The notes beneath the pieces are model-generated. The model saw only the letters and a program-made list of their open reading frames with translations, searched no databases and was not told the origin of the DNA. DNA of 64,000 nt from Paraspadella gotoi. Taxonomy: Eukaryota > Animalia > Chaetognatha. Position numbers and translations under genes: made by a program. The DNA lies in NCBI GenBank assembly GCA_051294375.1, contig CM119268.1:9731216-9795215 (forward strand). Reading direction: 5' to 3'. Positions 13,401 to 27,340 of this stretch are shown here, one piece after another (the stretch's first letter is position 1; the number at the start of each line of letters is the position of its first letter).

Positions 13401-16400
13401 AACCTCAAGTTTAAAATCTGATTTATTATACTATACTAAATATTAGTTTTTATGTTGCCTCAGGTTCTTGAGCACTGAGCTTCTTCTTTCCTTCCTCCTT
13501 GACTCCTGCTCCTTTCTTTTCTTGTATCTTTTATCAGCGATCTGCCATCAGATTGAATTTATTATTATTCTATTCGTAGTCGATTAGTTGCAAATGAACT
13601 TAAATTATGTTGAATTATCATATTTACGTTCACAACGTAATCAAAAAAAGGTACAAAGTTAATTCCGTAGTTCATGTTTTATTCCTAAGCCTTCTCCTAT
13701 TTCCTACTCCTCGTCCAACCAGTCCTGATTAAACATAACCACCTTGTAAAATATTTCTAAATAACTCCAATTAAAAAATACATTGAAAAATAAAAATTTC
13801 CTCTCAATCTCATTCGCTGGTTTGCCCTTTCGATTCCCACACCGCAAATCGTACACTCCTTCCTGACTACGCTCGCTCTTCCCGACCTTTAAAAATATAA
13901 AAAACAAAAGCGCAAGCCTTATCGTCCAATCGTCTCGCGGCTTTTCTTCACGCGCCGATAGTCCCCCGCCCCCCTAAAACGAGCTACGACGACCAACCGG
14001 AAAACGATTTCCCCAGCCTCTCCGCGCAAAACGGAAGCGACGCCCCAGTACCTGCCAATTTTTTTTTTTCCCATTCTGTCTCCATTCTTGCGGCGGCGTG
14101 TCGTAACCCCGCGGGCGTTGTGGCGTCGTTACCCGAAGTGTTGGCCCGCTTGCCCGGGCGTAGGCGAGGCAGGCAGGCGCGTCGGAGCAGAGGGAACGGT
14201 GCGTTGCGGCGTTGCGTCGCTCTCTCACTCTCTCAATGTTTCGCGTTCCGCCTTTTTTTATTCGTTCCGAATTTTTTTTCGCGGATGTGAAATATAACGC
14301 GAGCATCGATTGCAAGGCGTGAAAAAAAAATTTCTCGATTTATGTTGTGCATCTGAATAAAAAAAAAATTTCGCATTATTTTTTCGTCGCTTCATTAAGT
14401 TTGAAACGGAGAGTAAAACAACATAGCGTAAACGGAATAAGAGAGACTGAGAGAAAGAGAAAAATATTATTAAAATCAGTTTCTTTACTATTTTACTTTT
14501 TGAATCCTTTTCCGGCTTGTAGGTAGATAAGTCATTAAGTGGGCTCTTGAGTCGTTTCCCCGAACCAATGGAAGAAGGACGAAAAAAAGTCAAAAGGGTT
14601 GAATCGATTGTTTTTTAAGCCGAAATAGATGATCCGTTTTGGCAAAGATAAGCCTTATCGACGGGCTCGTCATAAGTCTTTTCCGTCACGTAGCAAGGCA
14701 GAACCGACGTCATGATCTCGCCTGCCTCATCTGGCGCTCGCGAACGGGGAACTATAAGTAGACCGGAGAAAATGAAAGGCCATTCTTTGCGTCGCCATTG
14801 GAGACGGAATCGATTGATGTCGATAACGAGGTATGACGCCGAAAAACCTGATCTCGAACGAGCAGAGAATTCCATTGCCACACTTCGGCGCAATTTTTTA
14901 AAAATTTTGCTCGGGAAAGTAAAGCCGTTAAAGGATGAGGTAAGCTACTATCCCTTATAGTAATTGAAGTTAGAAGCGGACAGATTCAACCATTTTATTT
15001 TCGTTTATTTTGTGGAGGAATTGTATTAAATAAAAGACAAACTGTGTAAAATGAAAAAAATAAATCGACTTATCTTTCAAGATAGCTCACTGTAAGGTTC
15101 AAAAACTGATCCAGTGACAAAACTAAAAGAATAAATATTAAATTCAAAAATATTTAAAACTGAAATTGATAACAAGATTGCATGAGAACAAAAGCAACCT
15201 CAAATGATAGACCAAGAGAGCAAAGTGAAAATATTATATATGTAGGCGTTCGTACTCCTAAAAACAAATAAACACAATAAACATGTTTTATAAAAAACCC
15301 AAAATTTCCTACACATCACGCCTGAGAGTTTAAACTGATGTTATTATCATCGTCTAGTAATCTCATTTATTCAACTACTTAAAACTTTAAAATCATTTTC
15401 ACGTTAAAATTCGAACCCGATAAATCGCATAATCATAATGATAATCAAAGATCAAAAATAATTTTAAAAAAGATATCTAATAAAATTACCTAGTATTCGC
15501 GCGCAAAAAAAAATGTTGCTTTTTCAGATTATAATGAGTTATAGACGCAAAAGATATGAGACGGCACCGCGGTCCGTCGTACATTTCGCGCGAACATTTG
15601 ACTTTGCCTAGAAAAATCTTTTGTTGTTCCAAATCCAAGCGAAAATCCCCGAAATCGATAACCGTCGAGATTGAAATCGAGTGAAAATGATCGCGGATTA
15701 TCTTCTTTCCTGCACCGGACGCAGCCTCACCGTCAAAAACGAGGAGTCCTCGGGGAGACGCGGGGATTCCGACAGCAAAGGCCAAAGCGATCCTCTCAGC
15801 AACATCGAAGTGTAAGCGATTATTAAATTTTAATGCGGGGAGGGGGGAGGGGCGGTGGTTTTTGTGACTCGTGCTGCAACAAAGTCAATTGGGTCACTTT
15901 ACTATTGGTCGACCGCAATAAACCTTAGCTACCAGCGGTTGGTGGTTTGTTAATCCATTAAATTTTGTTTTCCCTGTAGCTCTAGTGGGTTACATTTTTT
16001 AAACGGTTAGCAATTGGGTTAAGGATTATGGGTAGTTAGGGTTAGGAGTGGTAAGGGATTAAGGTTAGGGATTATCATTCTCCAATTTTTAATCCAGGCC
16101 GGTAGCGACGGAGGTGCTGGAGTGGAACGACTCATTTGACAAACTCATGAAAAGTCCATGTAAGTTATGTATAATATCATTTTCGATCTAAAAAACTATC
16201 GATAATGAAACAAGTAATTTCGCAATTTTCACCCCGGTCGGCGAAAGTAAAATTAACCAACCGAATTTGTCCCATAAACGTTAGATCATAATTGACATGC
16301 ACATTGCACACATGCACAGTAGTAAAGTCAGGGGCTATTTATAGAATGATTGGAAAATTTCACATATAAATTTTTTAAAAGGTTTGTTTGTTTGTTTCGT

Positions 16401-17684
16401 TCAACGCATCCAGGTGGTCGCGCCATCTTCAGAGAATTTCTAAAGAGCGAGTACAGCGAGGAGAACATGTTGTTCTGGTTGGCGTGCGAGGATCTGAAAA
16501 AAGAGAGCAACCCGGAAACGGTGGAAGAAAAGGCGAGACTTATTTACGAAGATTACATCTCCATCCTGTCACCGAGAGAAGTAAGATCAATAGGAAATAT
16601 AATAGAATTTGAAACTATGGCAACGGGGAGACGTGGGATGCCTGGGGTGTGCGGCATCTCCCGAAAGTTGGCTCTCAGGGCTTTGGACCTGCAGTGACCA
16701 CACCTTGTCACTGGCGCGTTTATGCCGACAGCATTACATTTTAACCAGCGTGACCGTGAGGGTATTGAACTCGGAACTCACGGTTGGTAAACCAAGCTAA
16801 TGGGACGAGGCAAGTTTCACCAAGCTATACGGGAGGCAAATTTAGGTTTCGACACAAAACTACGCTTTAAAACTTAGTTTAGATTTTTGTGACTGATATT
16901 TACATTTCCCCGTCGGTTATTTTCTTTTTCGTACTCTATTAGTTTCATAGCTCAATTACTATTGCTGTAATTCTGTGTTTAAATATTGTAATTTAACTAA
17001 ACCCCATGTATAATGGCATATATATATATTACATATATAATATATATATATCGTTATATGTTCTATGAATTACGACGACAGAGACAAATCATTTAAATAT
17101 TGTTCTTAGTTCTTAGTTTTTTGTTTTTGTTTTCCTTCTCTCTTCTCCAGGTCAGTCTAGACTCGAAAGTTCGCGAACTAATCAATCGCAACATGGTGGT
17201 GCCAAATACGTCAACCTTCGACGAGGCTCAGCATCAGATCTACACCCTGATGCGGGGAGACTCTTATCCTCGCTTCCTCAGTTCGCCAGTTTACAAAAAA
17301 CTCTGCGAGAGCGTTCTTGGTGCGTCGTGTCCCTCGGAAGCGGGCGGCGACGTTTTGGCCACGGAAAACCCATCTTCCGTTGAGCCGCCGGTCTCAGCGA
17401 GCGCCATTTCGTCCGGGGCCGTCGCCGCCTCTACCAAATATCGACCCGAAACACCTCCCGAATCTTCTTCCTGCGGCGGCGGGAGCAGCAGCGTCGAGGC
17501 ATCCAAACAGGCGCTTACCCAACGCGGCGATGAAGCATCGGCCTCCCAAAGCGAGCCCGGCAGCCCTCCAGGCAAAAACACGATCGTGGTCAAGAGCAAA
17601 TTCGAGGAGAGTCGGACGGAAGCAACGACGTCGACACCGCCGTCGTCCACGAGCGATAACGTCGGCGGATCGACGAGAAAATAA
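7435..17684 (+). CDS. Regulator of G-protein signalling, RZ subfamily (RGS17/19/20-like), 7 coding exons
   Basis: Exons 7435-7796, 8150-8280, 9371-9503, 15725-15811, 16098-16159, 16414-16580 and 17151-17684 are all GT-AG and phase-consistent. The cysteine string CCFCWCCCCSCSC|LTVKN is the RZ hallmark, followed by the RGS box WNDSFDKLM..GRAIFREFLKSEYSEENMLFWLACEDLK...YEDYISILSPREVSLDS...FDEAQHQIYTLMRGDSYPRFL. The two 5'-most exons are less certain. Confidence 0.9.
8653..9193. mobile_element. MITE (about 540 bp) in RGS intron 2
   Basis: Perfect 15-bp terminal inverted repeat ACGGGTACCGACCTC (8653-8667) / GAGGTCGGTACCCGT (9179-9193), with an AT-rich non-coding interior. Confidence 0.7.
11277..13366. 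mobile_element. Non-autonomous foldback DNA transposon (about 2.1 kb, about 880-bp inverted arms), hAT-like termini
   Basis: Termini TAGACCTTGCCATATATGAAAAGTTTTGAA...TTCAAAACTTTTCATATATGGCAAGGTCTA. Arms run about 11277-12165 and 12490-13366 around a spacer of about 325 bp. Flanks ATCCACCAT (11268-11276) and ATCCACAT (13367-13374) form an approximate 8-bp TSD. No transposase ORF. Confidence 0.9.
13920..14320 (+). promoter_or_regulatory. CpG-rich island with GC box inside RGS intron 3; possible internal promoter
   Basis: Abrupt GC/CpG enrichment without a credible ORF, CCCCGCCCC near 13964, and an unpaired donor AG|GTAAGC downstream at 14939/14940. Confidence 0.4.
16620..16835 (-). mobile_element. 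Probable tRNA-derived SINE fragment in the last RGS intron
   Basis: Minus strand shows A-box-like TAGCTTGGTG (16818-16827) and B-box-like GAGTTCAATAC (16762-16772) in a GC-rich insert within an AT-rich intron. Confidence 0.4.
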
Positions 17685-19709
17685 GTGTGTCGTCCTCATC
17701 CTCCATCACCCCCGAACTGAAAAGGGCAAGAAGAAAAACACACTAAAACGCTTCTCGCTCCCGCCCCCCCCTTCCGGTCTTTTTCTCTCCTCCCATCTAA
17801 CCCATGAATACTTTCCTCTTTCTCCATTTTTTATCTAGTCACACCTCATTCATTATCTACATTACTTATGAAGGGTTTTGATTTGTAGCTGTTCTCGACG
17901 TGAGGGAAAAAAAAACACGTTCAAAACAATATAAATCAATCTGCTTCATTTATTTTTCTTTAAATAAAAAAAAAACCAAAAATCGCGCAAGATGTGAAAA
18001 TTATTTTTTTTTTAACTTTAAAGATAAAAATTACCTCTCCGTAAATGTTCGCGCAAATTTGCAAAGCGCATTATAATTGTCTTTTTATAAATGTTTCATA
18101 ACCTTAGAGTTTATCTATTGCCTTATGCCTCAGTAAAAACGGCCAGAAATTTTTGCCATTTTTGTCTAGGGAAAATGTCTGGTCCTCTGGAATATTATAG
18201 ATCTTTTTGAAGAACTTCCGAAATTAGTTACAAATAATTAAATATTTAAGGAAAAATTTAATAAAATCTTCGGAACGGAGTTAACAATTTAATTTGAGAC
18301 TGGGTAGACAAAAGTTTCTGATTGTTTTAAAATTTCAGCTCTAAAAAAATGTTTTTATAGTTAAAAACCTGCATTATGGATATCGTACGTTGTCAGATGA
18401 CCAAATAATTTTGTTTTTAAGCAAAGATATTTATTTGGGTTTGTTTCCCTGTTGAAATAGTGGTTCTATTGACAGTATGTGTTGTTATTCAAAAAGAATT
18501 TTGTTAATTTAAGATTTAATATTCCAACTATCACATTATCGTACCCACTTTTAGGGGAGGTATATTTTTTAAAAAAAATATTCTGACGTATTCGATCAAC
18601 ATTTTCCGAGGGTTCTGTAAACAAGTTTCATTATGATCTCAATATTTTAATTTCAATTTATTGACGCAGGCTCTAAAAATGTACGAGTCAAGTTTTAAAT
18701 TCTAAACATGTTCATGTTGGATGATAACTCCGGAATATTTTTGTCTTTGTTTTAGTGTTTTAATAAATCATCTCATAAAACAAATTACATTGTTGTATAA
18801 TTTCCAGTATCCGCTAGATTTTGTCTAATTTTTCAGCCCCACAACTTATCTCATTACACGATTTTCTCAGGTCAACCTTACAGTAGTTGACTTTGGATAA
18901 TAAAGTGATTACTGATTAGTGAGGAGATATGAAAAAAAAAATCATCGACACGATCGACGAGGCAAAAAATATTTATAGTCAACAACAACAATTGATTAAT
19001 GAGAATTTTGAGACAAGTGGCAAAGCAGTATCTGTATCCCTATAGGCCGGAAAAAATAAAAACAAAAGAGGAATAAGCCGGTTAATCCACGGCACTTGGT
19101 ACATGCAATTCAGATTTAAATTTTTTTCAAGAAATAAAAACAAAACAAAAAAATATTAGGTTACTTATATTATAACACAAAAACTAGTGACTTTTTTGTT
19201 TTTGATTTATCAACATCATTTCCTTCAATGAGAGATTTATTGCAGGTGGCGCCCCATGTGAAGAACGCACCATAAAACGACCAGTGCGTGGGTTTTTATC
19301 ATTAATTTTCTATCAATATGTGAAATTACAAGCGCTAAAAGATTTGAAAAAGAATTATGCTTATTATATAAGTAATTAAACGACCTAATAAACAAAAAGC
19401 ATATATATAAATATAATAATTCAACCAGACGATAAAGTGAAATTTAACAGGAAAAAGAAATAGTAATTCTAGAAAAACCGGTCCGGCTCGAACAAAATGA
19501 CAACATCTCAAAGTTCAAGGAGAAGAAAATTGGGTGATAAGCCCGAAACATTTCGCAATCCTCTTAAAAAGGCCTATTTTTATCTATTTACTTCAGAGTA
19601 CATCGATCATGCACTATAAAACGGCGAAATCTTAACTCATTTATACTCGACTCGAATTTCTCCAGTTTTATTTATTTTATATACACACACTTATTAATAA
19701 CGTAATACA

Positions 19710-22700
19710 ATGACGGATCTCGAAGATTTCCTCTCTTCGGCGTGCGGCCCCATCAACGGATACGACGTCAACTTTAACTTCACAATATGGAACGAAGAGA
19801 CGAAAGACTTCGGCCGATGCTTCGAGGATCTCGTCGTGGTGACGGTCCCATCGGCGGCCCTACTCTTCTCTGCGATTTCGACATGTTGCGTCTCGAGCCG
19901 TCCCCTCCCCGCCAAGACTAGATTCCGTCTAGTCTCCCGTCACGTCCTCGCGTCACTATTGACTTTCACTCTCCCAGTCTCGCTTGTCGTGGCTTACGCC
20001 GTCGGAGGGACGGGGGCGCTGACGTGGGCCAAGTTGTTGACTTACTGCGGATGCGGCGTCGCTTGGGCCTCGTCGATCGTCAATGTCCGCCGTCGATCAT
20101 GCATTGGCCTCTCGTACTTCAGCTATTTTCTACATTTAATCTCTGCGGTGATTCTACTTCGCTCTTCGGGACTCACGTTGACCGATGCTTCGACGAGCGA
20201 TAACGAAAAGCTTTTCGCGGGATTTCTAATGGCGTACGGGATTTTGGTGATCATTTATCTCGCGTGCGCGATCAACGACGCGCGCGGAAAAAGTGCCGGA
20301 GAGTCGACGGCATTGTTGGCATCCGGTGCACGACGACGAGGTTATTCTACCCTGAGAGACGACGAGTCATCATCATCTTCGACGCTTTCATCAGCGGAAG
20401 ACGCCACGATTTGCTCCCGCGCAACCTTTGGATGGGTTTATCCCCTTCTCAAACGCGGGGGAGACATCCATACTCTTAAAGACCTCATGCCTCTTCCCGA
20501 AAACGTCGACCTTGTAGACATGGATTCCACTGTTATGAGGGAGTTCGAGAAGGAAAGAAAAAAGATACTGTTGGTGTCTGTTCCTTCGGACGACGCAAAC
20601 CATCGGTCGAGTCGCTTTAGTTCCACGCCAAATCTTTTCCGCGTCTTCTTCCGACTCTTTGGCTTGGAGTTTTGCTTGCTGGGCGGTCTCCGTCTTCTTA
20701 GTTATTGCCTTATACAATTACTTGGGCCACTGGCGCAAAACCTGCTTCTTACGTGGATGCAAGATGGGCCCGAAGAAACAGAAGATACCACAACTTCCTC
20801 CTCCCTCACGGGCTATGGACTTGCAATGTTCCTGTGTATCAGCGAATTCGCCAACAGCTTCGCGTTCACTCATTACGAATATTTGATTCGCAAGCTCAGT
20901 GTTAAAGTGCGGAGCGCGACTGCAATTTTGATTTTTCGAAAAATATTTCTCCTCAAAACGCCATCGCGATCAAAATTTTCGAGCGGGACGACTCTCAACT
21001 TGATATCAACAGATGCAAATAGATTAGAAAACGCTGTCTACTGTTTTCACGACCTGTGGATTACACCGCTGCTGATCTTGCAAGTTTTTTACTTTATGTA
21101 TGCGTTGCTAGGCTGGAGCTTTTTGTCCTGCGTCGGCTATGTTTTATTGGCCGCGCCCCTCGGGCATTTCATGGGAAAAGGGTGGTACAAATACGGAGAC
21201 AAACAAATGTCGCAGATGGACAAGCGTGTAAAAACGGTCAGAGAAGTTTTAAACGGGGTTAAAGTCATCAAGTTTCAGTCTTGGGAAGCGGCCTTCCATC
21301 GTAAAATCAGCTCCATACGAAATCAAGAGTTGCATTTCCTGCGTTGTTGCAAAGTCTACGACGGGTGCGCTTTCGTCTTCTTCAACATTACCCCGTCCGT
21401 GATGACCGTGTTGGCGATACTCACCTATTCTCTCCTGGGCGGCCAGCTCACCGCGGCCACGGTGTTCACCACAATGTCGCTGATTTACACTCTGGTCGGA
21501 CCCTTGATCATGATTCCCATCTTTGTCGGTGAATTTATCGAAGCCAAAGTTTCTTTCGATCGAATAAAAAAGTACCTTAACTTGTTGGAGGAAGAACAAA
21601 ACGACGAGCCTCCAAATGAAGGACTCGTAAAAATCGAGGACGCCGACTACTCATGGGGCATCGACGATGGCGTCGATTACGGGGAAGAAGAGCAAAAACC
21701 CGACGAACAAAGGTCTGAAGAACAACCCGTAGACTATGCTTGTCAAACATTCCAAGAGAATGAAAAGCCAGTCATCTTAAATGTTTCGTTCTCCTTAAAG
21801 CCCGGTGAATTGATAGGGGTGGTCGGAATTGTTGGAAGCGGAAAAAGCTCTCTTCTTTCTGCCCTTCTTGGTGATCTAACTCTGACCCGCGGTCGAGCCC
21901 GGACCAGTATTTCCTGGCGAAAAGAGTCCGTCTGCTTCTTGCCGCAAGAATCCTGGCTTCAGCAAGTCTCCATCAAAGAAAACGTTCTGTTCGGGCGACC
22001 GATGGAGGATGAGTGGTTCGCAAAAGTGCTTAGGGCTTGCCAGCTGGATGCAGACGTCGCAGATTTCCCCAGCGGCGTTGAGACTGAAGTTGGGGAGAAC
22101 GGCGTGACTCTGAGCGGAGGCCAAAAAGCTCGCGTGGCTCTGGCGCGAGCGGTATACGCGAATGCCGACATTTACGTCATCGACGATCCCTTCGCGGCCG
22201 TCGATCCTGCCGTCGCTGACAAGATGTTCCAACAATGTGTCAACGGGGTGCTGCGGAAGAAAACGAGGATAATTTGCACGCATCACAAAAAGTTTCTCCA
22301 AACGGCGAATAAAATTATCGTAATGAAGAATGGTAAAGTTTTCAAAGTCGGAGACCCAGAGACAATTTTTAAAGACGAGATTATGGATAAAGTCGAATCC
22401 TCCAACCGCGAGAGAATAAAGAGTTTGGAGGATCAACCCAAAACTACCGACAACGAAAAGGACAAACTTGTCGAAGATGAACAAAAGATGGAAGGAGTCG
22501 TTGACCCTAAGGTCTACTGGACCTACCTTTCGTATACTGGGACTAAGGTAGGCGTGTTCATCATCGTCGCCATTTTGCTTATGTTCTCTTTCCACAACGG
22601 CATGGACGTATGGATGACCGTGTGGGTTCAAAACTCGCACAAACATCCTAACACCACCATCAACAACGCTACTACTTACGACAATACTTACAATATGACT

Positions 22701-24260
22701 GATTCTCCCTGGATTCCTCTACGCGAAGCCTCCGACAATTTGCCATTTTACCTCGGCATTTATTGCACGTTCTTCCTTGGTCAGTTCGCACTGTCATGCG
22801 CTAATACATTCGTCTTTATCCGGGCCGGGATCGAATCAGCCCGCGCAATTCACGAGTCGCTTCTCGGTAGAATCTTGGCGGCGCCGTTGAGCTTCTTCAC
22901 GACGACGCCAATCGGACGAATCATCAACCGCTTTTCTAGCGATCTGGAGGACATTGACAACCACCTTGCCAATTGCGTCAGCGTCCTCCTCCAGGACACC
23001 GCGAATTTACTGCTAAATCTCGTTGTTATCTGCTACGGTTTTCCCTGGTTCATCGTCGTTCTCGTTCCTTCTTTCGCGCTATACTTCATGGTGCAGAGAT
23101 TTTTCCGCAAAACGTCGCGCGAGGTGAAGAGGATCGAGTCCATTTCCAAGTCGCCCATATTCTCTCACTTCTCGGACTGTTTGAAAGGCGTCACCGTTGT
23201 TCAAGCAATGAAGGAGAACGAACGGTTCGTCCGCACGGGTATCGAGCTCGTAAGCGCGAAAGCCCGCGCTGAATTGAACGCCTACGCCGTGACCGGATGG
23301 CTTGGATTTTGGATGGGCGCCCTCGCCTTCATGGTCATCATGGGCGTCGCTCTCATCGCCGTCATTCAGCACCAGCTGGGAATGATTGCCACTGGTTTCG
23401 CCGGTCTCGCCATAACCTATGCCCTCCAGATCAGCTGGATGGCCAACTCCATCATCGAGCAGTTTACCAACGTGGAGAAGATGATGGTCGGCGTCGAGAG
23501 GATCCTCGAATACTCAAGGGAGACTCCCTTGGAAGAGCAAGAGACGCCAAAGGCGGAGCCGCGAGACGAGTGGCCCGAAAAAGGTGTCGTCTCTTTCGAA
23601 GGCGTCGTCATGCGTTACCGTCCAGATTTGGACCCCGCCCTCAACGGTCTTTCCTTTTCGACGATGCCGGCCGAGAAGATCGGCATCATTGGTCGGACGG
23701 GAAGCGGAAAGAGCTCGGTTTTCAACGCCCTCTTCCGTATTGAAAATTTGGAGGGCGGTCGTATCCTGGTCGACGGCGAAGACGTCTCCCGCTTCGGCCG
23801 CCACGCTCTGCGAACGCGACTCGCCATCATCCCGCAGGACCCTTACATATTTAGCGGGACCGTGCGTGAAAATCTAGACGTGGACGAGGCGTTGGAAGAC
23901 TCAGACCTTTGGCAGGTTTTGGAAAAGTGCCACCTTAAAGAAAAGGCAGCCCAGCTCGGAGGACTCGACGCCGAAGTGCCGGAGGGGGGGACCTGCTTCT
24001 CTGTGGGGCAAAAGCAGTTGTTCTGCTTGGCACGAGCCATCGCCAAGAAGAGCAAGATTTTATGTATCGACGAGGCGACTGCAAACGTCGACTTTGACAC
24101 GGACAAAAAGATTCAGGACACGATAAGGACAGAGTTCCGAACATGTACCGTTTTGACTATCGCACATCGAACGGAAACTTTAGCGGACAGCAACCGAATT
24201 CTGGAAATTTCCAGAGGAAGATTAAAAAACTTTTCTCCTCCGATGATTAAAATTAAGTAA
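19710..24260 (+). CDS. ABCC10: ABC transporter subfamily C, ABCC10/MRP7-like, intronless 1516 aa
   Basis: TMD0-TMD1-NBD1-TMD2-NBD2. NBD1 has GIVGSGKSS, LSGGQKARVALARAVY and IYVIDDPFAAVD. NBD2 has GRTGSGKSS, FSVGQKQLFCLARA, LCIDEATANVD and IAHR. The N-terminal CG...W...FGRCF pattern resembles MRP7. ABCC membership is clear; exact orthology is inferred. Confidence 0.9.
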   Translation: MTDLEDFLSSACGPINGYDVNFNFTIWNEETKDFGRCFEDLVVVTVPSAALLFSAISTCCVSSRPLPAKTRFRLVSRHVLASLLTFTLPVSLVVAYAVGGTGALTWAKLLTYCGCGVAWASSIVNVRRRSCIGLSYFSYFLHLISAVILLRSSGLTLTDASTSDNEKLFAGFLMAYGILVIIYLACAINDARGKSAGESTALLASGARRRGYSTLRDDESSSSSTLSSAEDATICSRATFGWVYPLLKRGGDIHTLKDLMPLPENVDLVDMDSTVMREFEKERKKILLVSVPSDDANHRSSRFSSTPNLFRVFFRLFGLEFCLLGGLRLLSYCLIQLLGPLAQNLLLTWMQDGPEETEDTTTSSSLTGYGLAMFLCISEFANSFAFTHYEYLIRKLSVKVRSATAILIFRKIFLLKTPSRSKFSSGTTLNLISTDANRLENAVYCFHDLWITPLLILQVFYFMYALLGWSFLSCVGYVLLAAPLGHFMGKGWYKYGDKQMSQMDKRVKTVREVLNGVKVIKFQSWEAAFHRKISSIRNQELHFLRCCKVYDGCAFVFFNITPSVMTVLAILTYSLLGGQLTAATVFTTMSLIYTLVGPLIMIPIFVGEFIEAKVSFDRIKKYLNLLEEEQNDEPPNEGLVKIEDADYSWGIDDGVDYGEEEQKPDEQRSEEQPVDYACQTFQENEKPVILNVSFSLKPGELIGVVGIVGSGKSSLLSALLGDLTLTRGRARTSISWRKESVCFLPQESWLQQVSIKENVLFGRPMEDEWFAKVLRACQLDADVADFPSGVETEVGENGVTLSGGQKARVALARAVYANADIYVIDDPFAAVDPAVADKMFQQCVNGVLRKKTRIICTHHKKFLQTANKIIVMKNGKVFKVGDPETIFKDEIMDKVESSNRERIKSLEDQPKTTDNEKDKLVEDEQKMEGVVDPKVYWTYLSYTGTKVGVFIIVAILLMFSFHNGMDVWMTVWVQNSHKHPNTTINNATTYDNTYNMTDSPWIPLREASDNLPFYLGIYCTFFLGQFALSCANTFVFIRAGIESARAIHESLLGRILAAPLSFFTTTPIGRIINRFSSDLEDIDNHLANCVSVLLQDTANLLLNLVVICYGFPWFIVVLVPSFALYFMVQRFFRKTSREVKRIESISKSPIFSHFSDCLKGVTVVQAMKENERFVRTGIELVSAKARAELNAYAVTGWLGFWMGALAFMVIMGVALIAVIQHQLGMIATGFAGLAITYALQISWMANSIIEQFTNVEKMMVGVERILEYSRETPLEEQETPKAEPRDEWPEKGVVSFEGVVMRYRPDLDPALNGLSFSTMPAEKIGIIGRTGSGKSSVFNALFRIENLEGGRILVDGEDVSRFGRHALRTRLAIIPQDPYIFSGTVRENLDVDEALEDSDLWQVLEKCHLKEKAAQLGGLDAEVPEGGTCFSVGQKQLFCLARAIAKKSKILCIDEATANVDFDTDKKIQDTIRTEFRTCTVLTIAHRTETLADSNRILEISRGRLKNFSPPMIKIK

Positions 24261-25751
24261 TAATAATAATGTAATAATGTAATAGTTAAACTTTGTTTCC
24301 AGCGACAGTACAAATTGATTTTGTAAAAATTTTAATTACTTAAAAAAATGAAATAGCCAGTTAGGTGAGACAGTGATTGTATTTTTTGTAAAAATGACAC
24401 TATGAAAAGCTACCGCTGCAAAAAGTAGGATCACAATTTTTCTTTATACGATTCAATCTTTAGAATCTGTACAATATATGCGGGACTAAGATATGACGAA
24501 ATATAAAATAAAACGTAAGCCGGTAAGGCAATTTTATACATAGCCGCAAATATTAACAGTTTAAATATGCTTATCGGAAAATTGATCCAAGATTTATTTG
24601 ACAAAACTATTTATAAATTTCATTAATTATTTACTACTCTCAAATAAAATATTAATGAATCAAAAAAAGTTACATTATCTAATTTGGAATTTCACATAGA
24701 TAATAAAATTAGAATTAATAAAAATATCATGCATAACTGATTTGTTTAACAAAATTCATTTGCTGCGGAATAAATATTCAAGCGATTTTACAAGAATAGA
24801 TTATTATTATGCACTAAGTGCAGATTATTTCCCAAACATTAAATATTTTATTCAGAAGACCCAAGAAAAAAAATTTAAAAATGAATAAATCAAGCCGCCG
24901 TCTTTTGTCCGTGTTTTCGCTCTTTTGATTTTAGGCTATGACATTGACATTGACAATTCAATATGACTGTAATTTGCCAAGGCTTAAATGGACTCGATTT
25001 TATGTTTGAATTCATTGGGAAAATTCATAGAGAGAATAATTTAATTAAGGTTTATGGATAAAAATTTGTTTATTTGGTGAATGAGGTTCTCTCCTTATTC
25101 CTGGGCCCCCGGAGAATAGACAGGTTTATTAAACTATTTAATCATCTACTTTTAATATATTAAATGGAATTTGTTATATTAAAGATTTACAGTAAAACAC
25201 TTTTTTTAAATTTTAAACAATCGATATATCTTTTAACATGTGGTGGGGTGACAGTGGAGATCGGTTATTATCAAGATAAAGTTGCAAACAAGATATCATT
25301 AAACTGTACATAAAAATATATTACTGGAAAATTAAACTATACCCGAAGGACTTTGGCAAATTAAATTCATGAATATCATTTTAAACGACCTCCACTGTAA
25401 CAGTTGGTTTCAGCATAAAATTTCGATCTGGAAGACCTCTCGTTAGATCGTGGCAAGTTGTCTTGATTACACGGCATTACGAGAGGGCAAATATATAACT
25501 ATTCAACAAGAAAATTGCTAGGGTAAGAGAAGAGGTTTGCGCTTTGTAAGACGTGCATGGATCACTAATACTTCCTTAAATGTATTGTTTTAGGAGCTTG
25601 TATTTTTTCGTCGAAAATTCGAAGCACCATCAAAACAATTTGTCCGAAAATTAGTAACCACTACTTGATAGGGAGGGGGAAACCAAGGGAGAAAGAGATA
25701 AGGGGGGGGGGTATTTTTTAAGATGGCTTGGAAGTCGATAACAGATGAACA

Positions 25752-27340
<1,589 letters not shown>

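Noticed and set aside
16015-16072. Degenerate TTAGGG-like run
   Set aside because: Only a few imperfect units inside an intron, so not a telomere; more likely part of a decayed repeat.
20264-24313. Many 60-256 aa ORFs overlapping the ABCC gene
   Set aside because: Shadow frames of a GC-rich CDS with no motifs.
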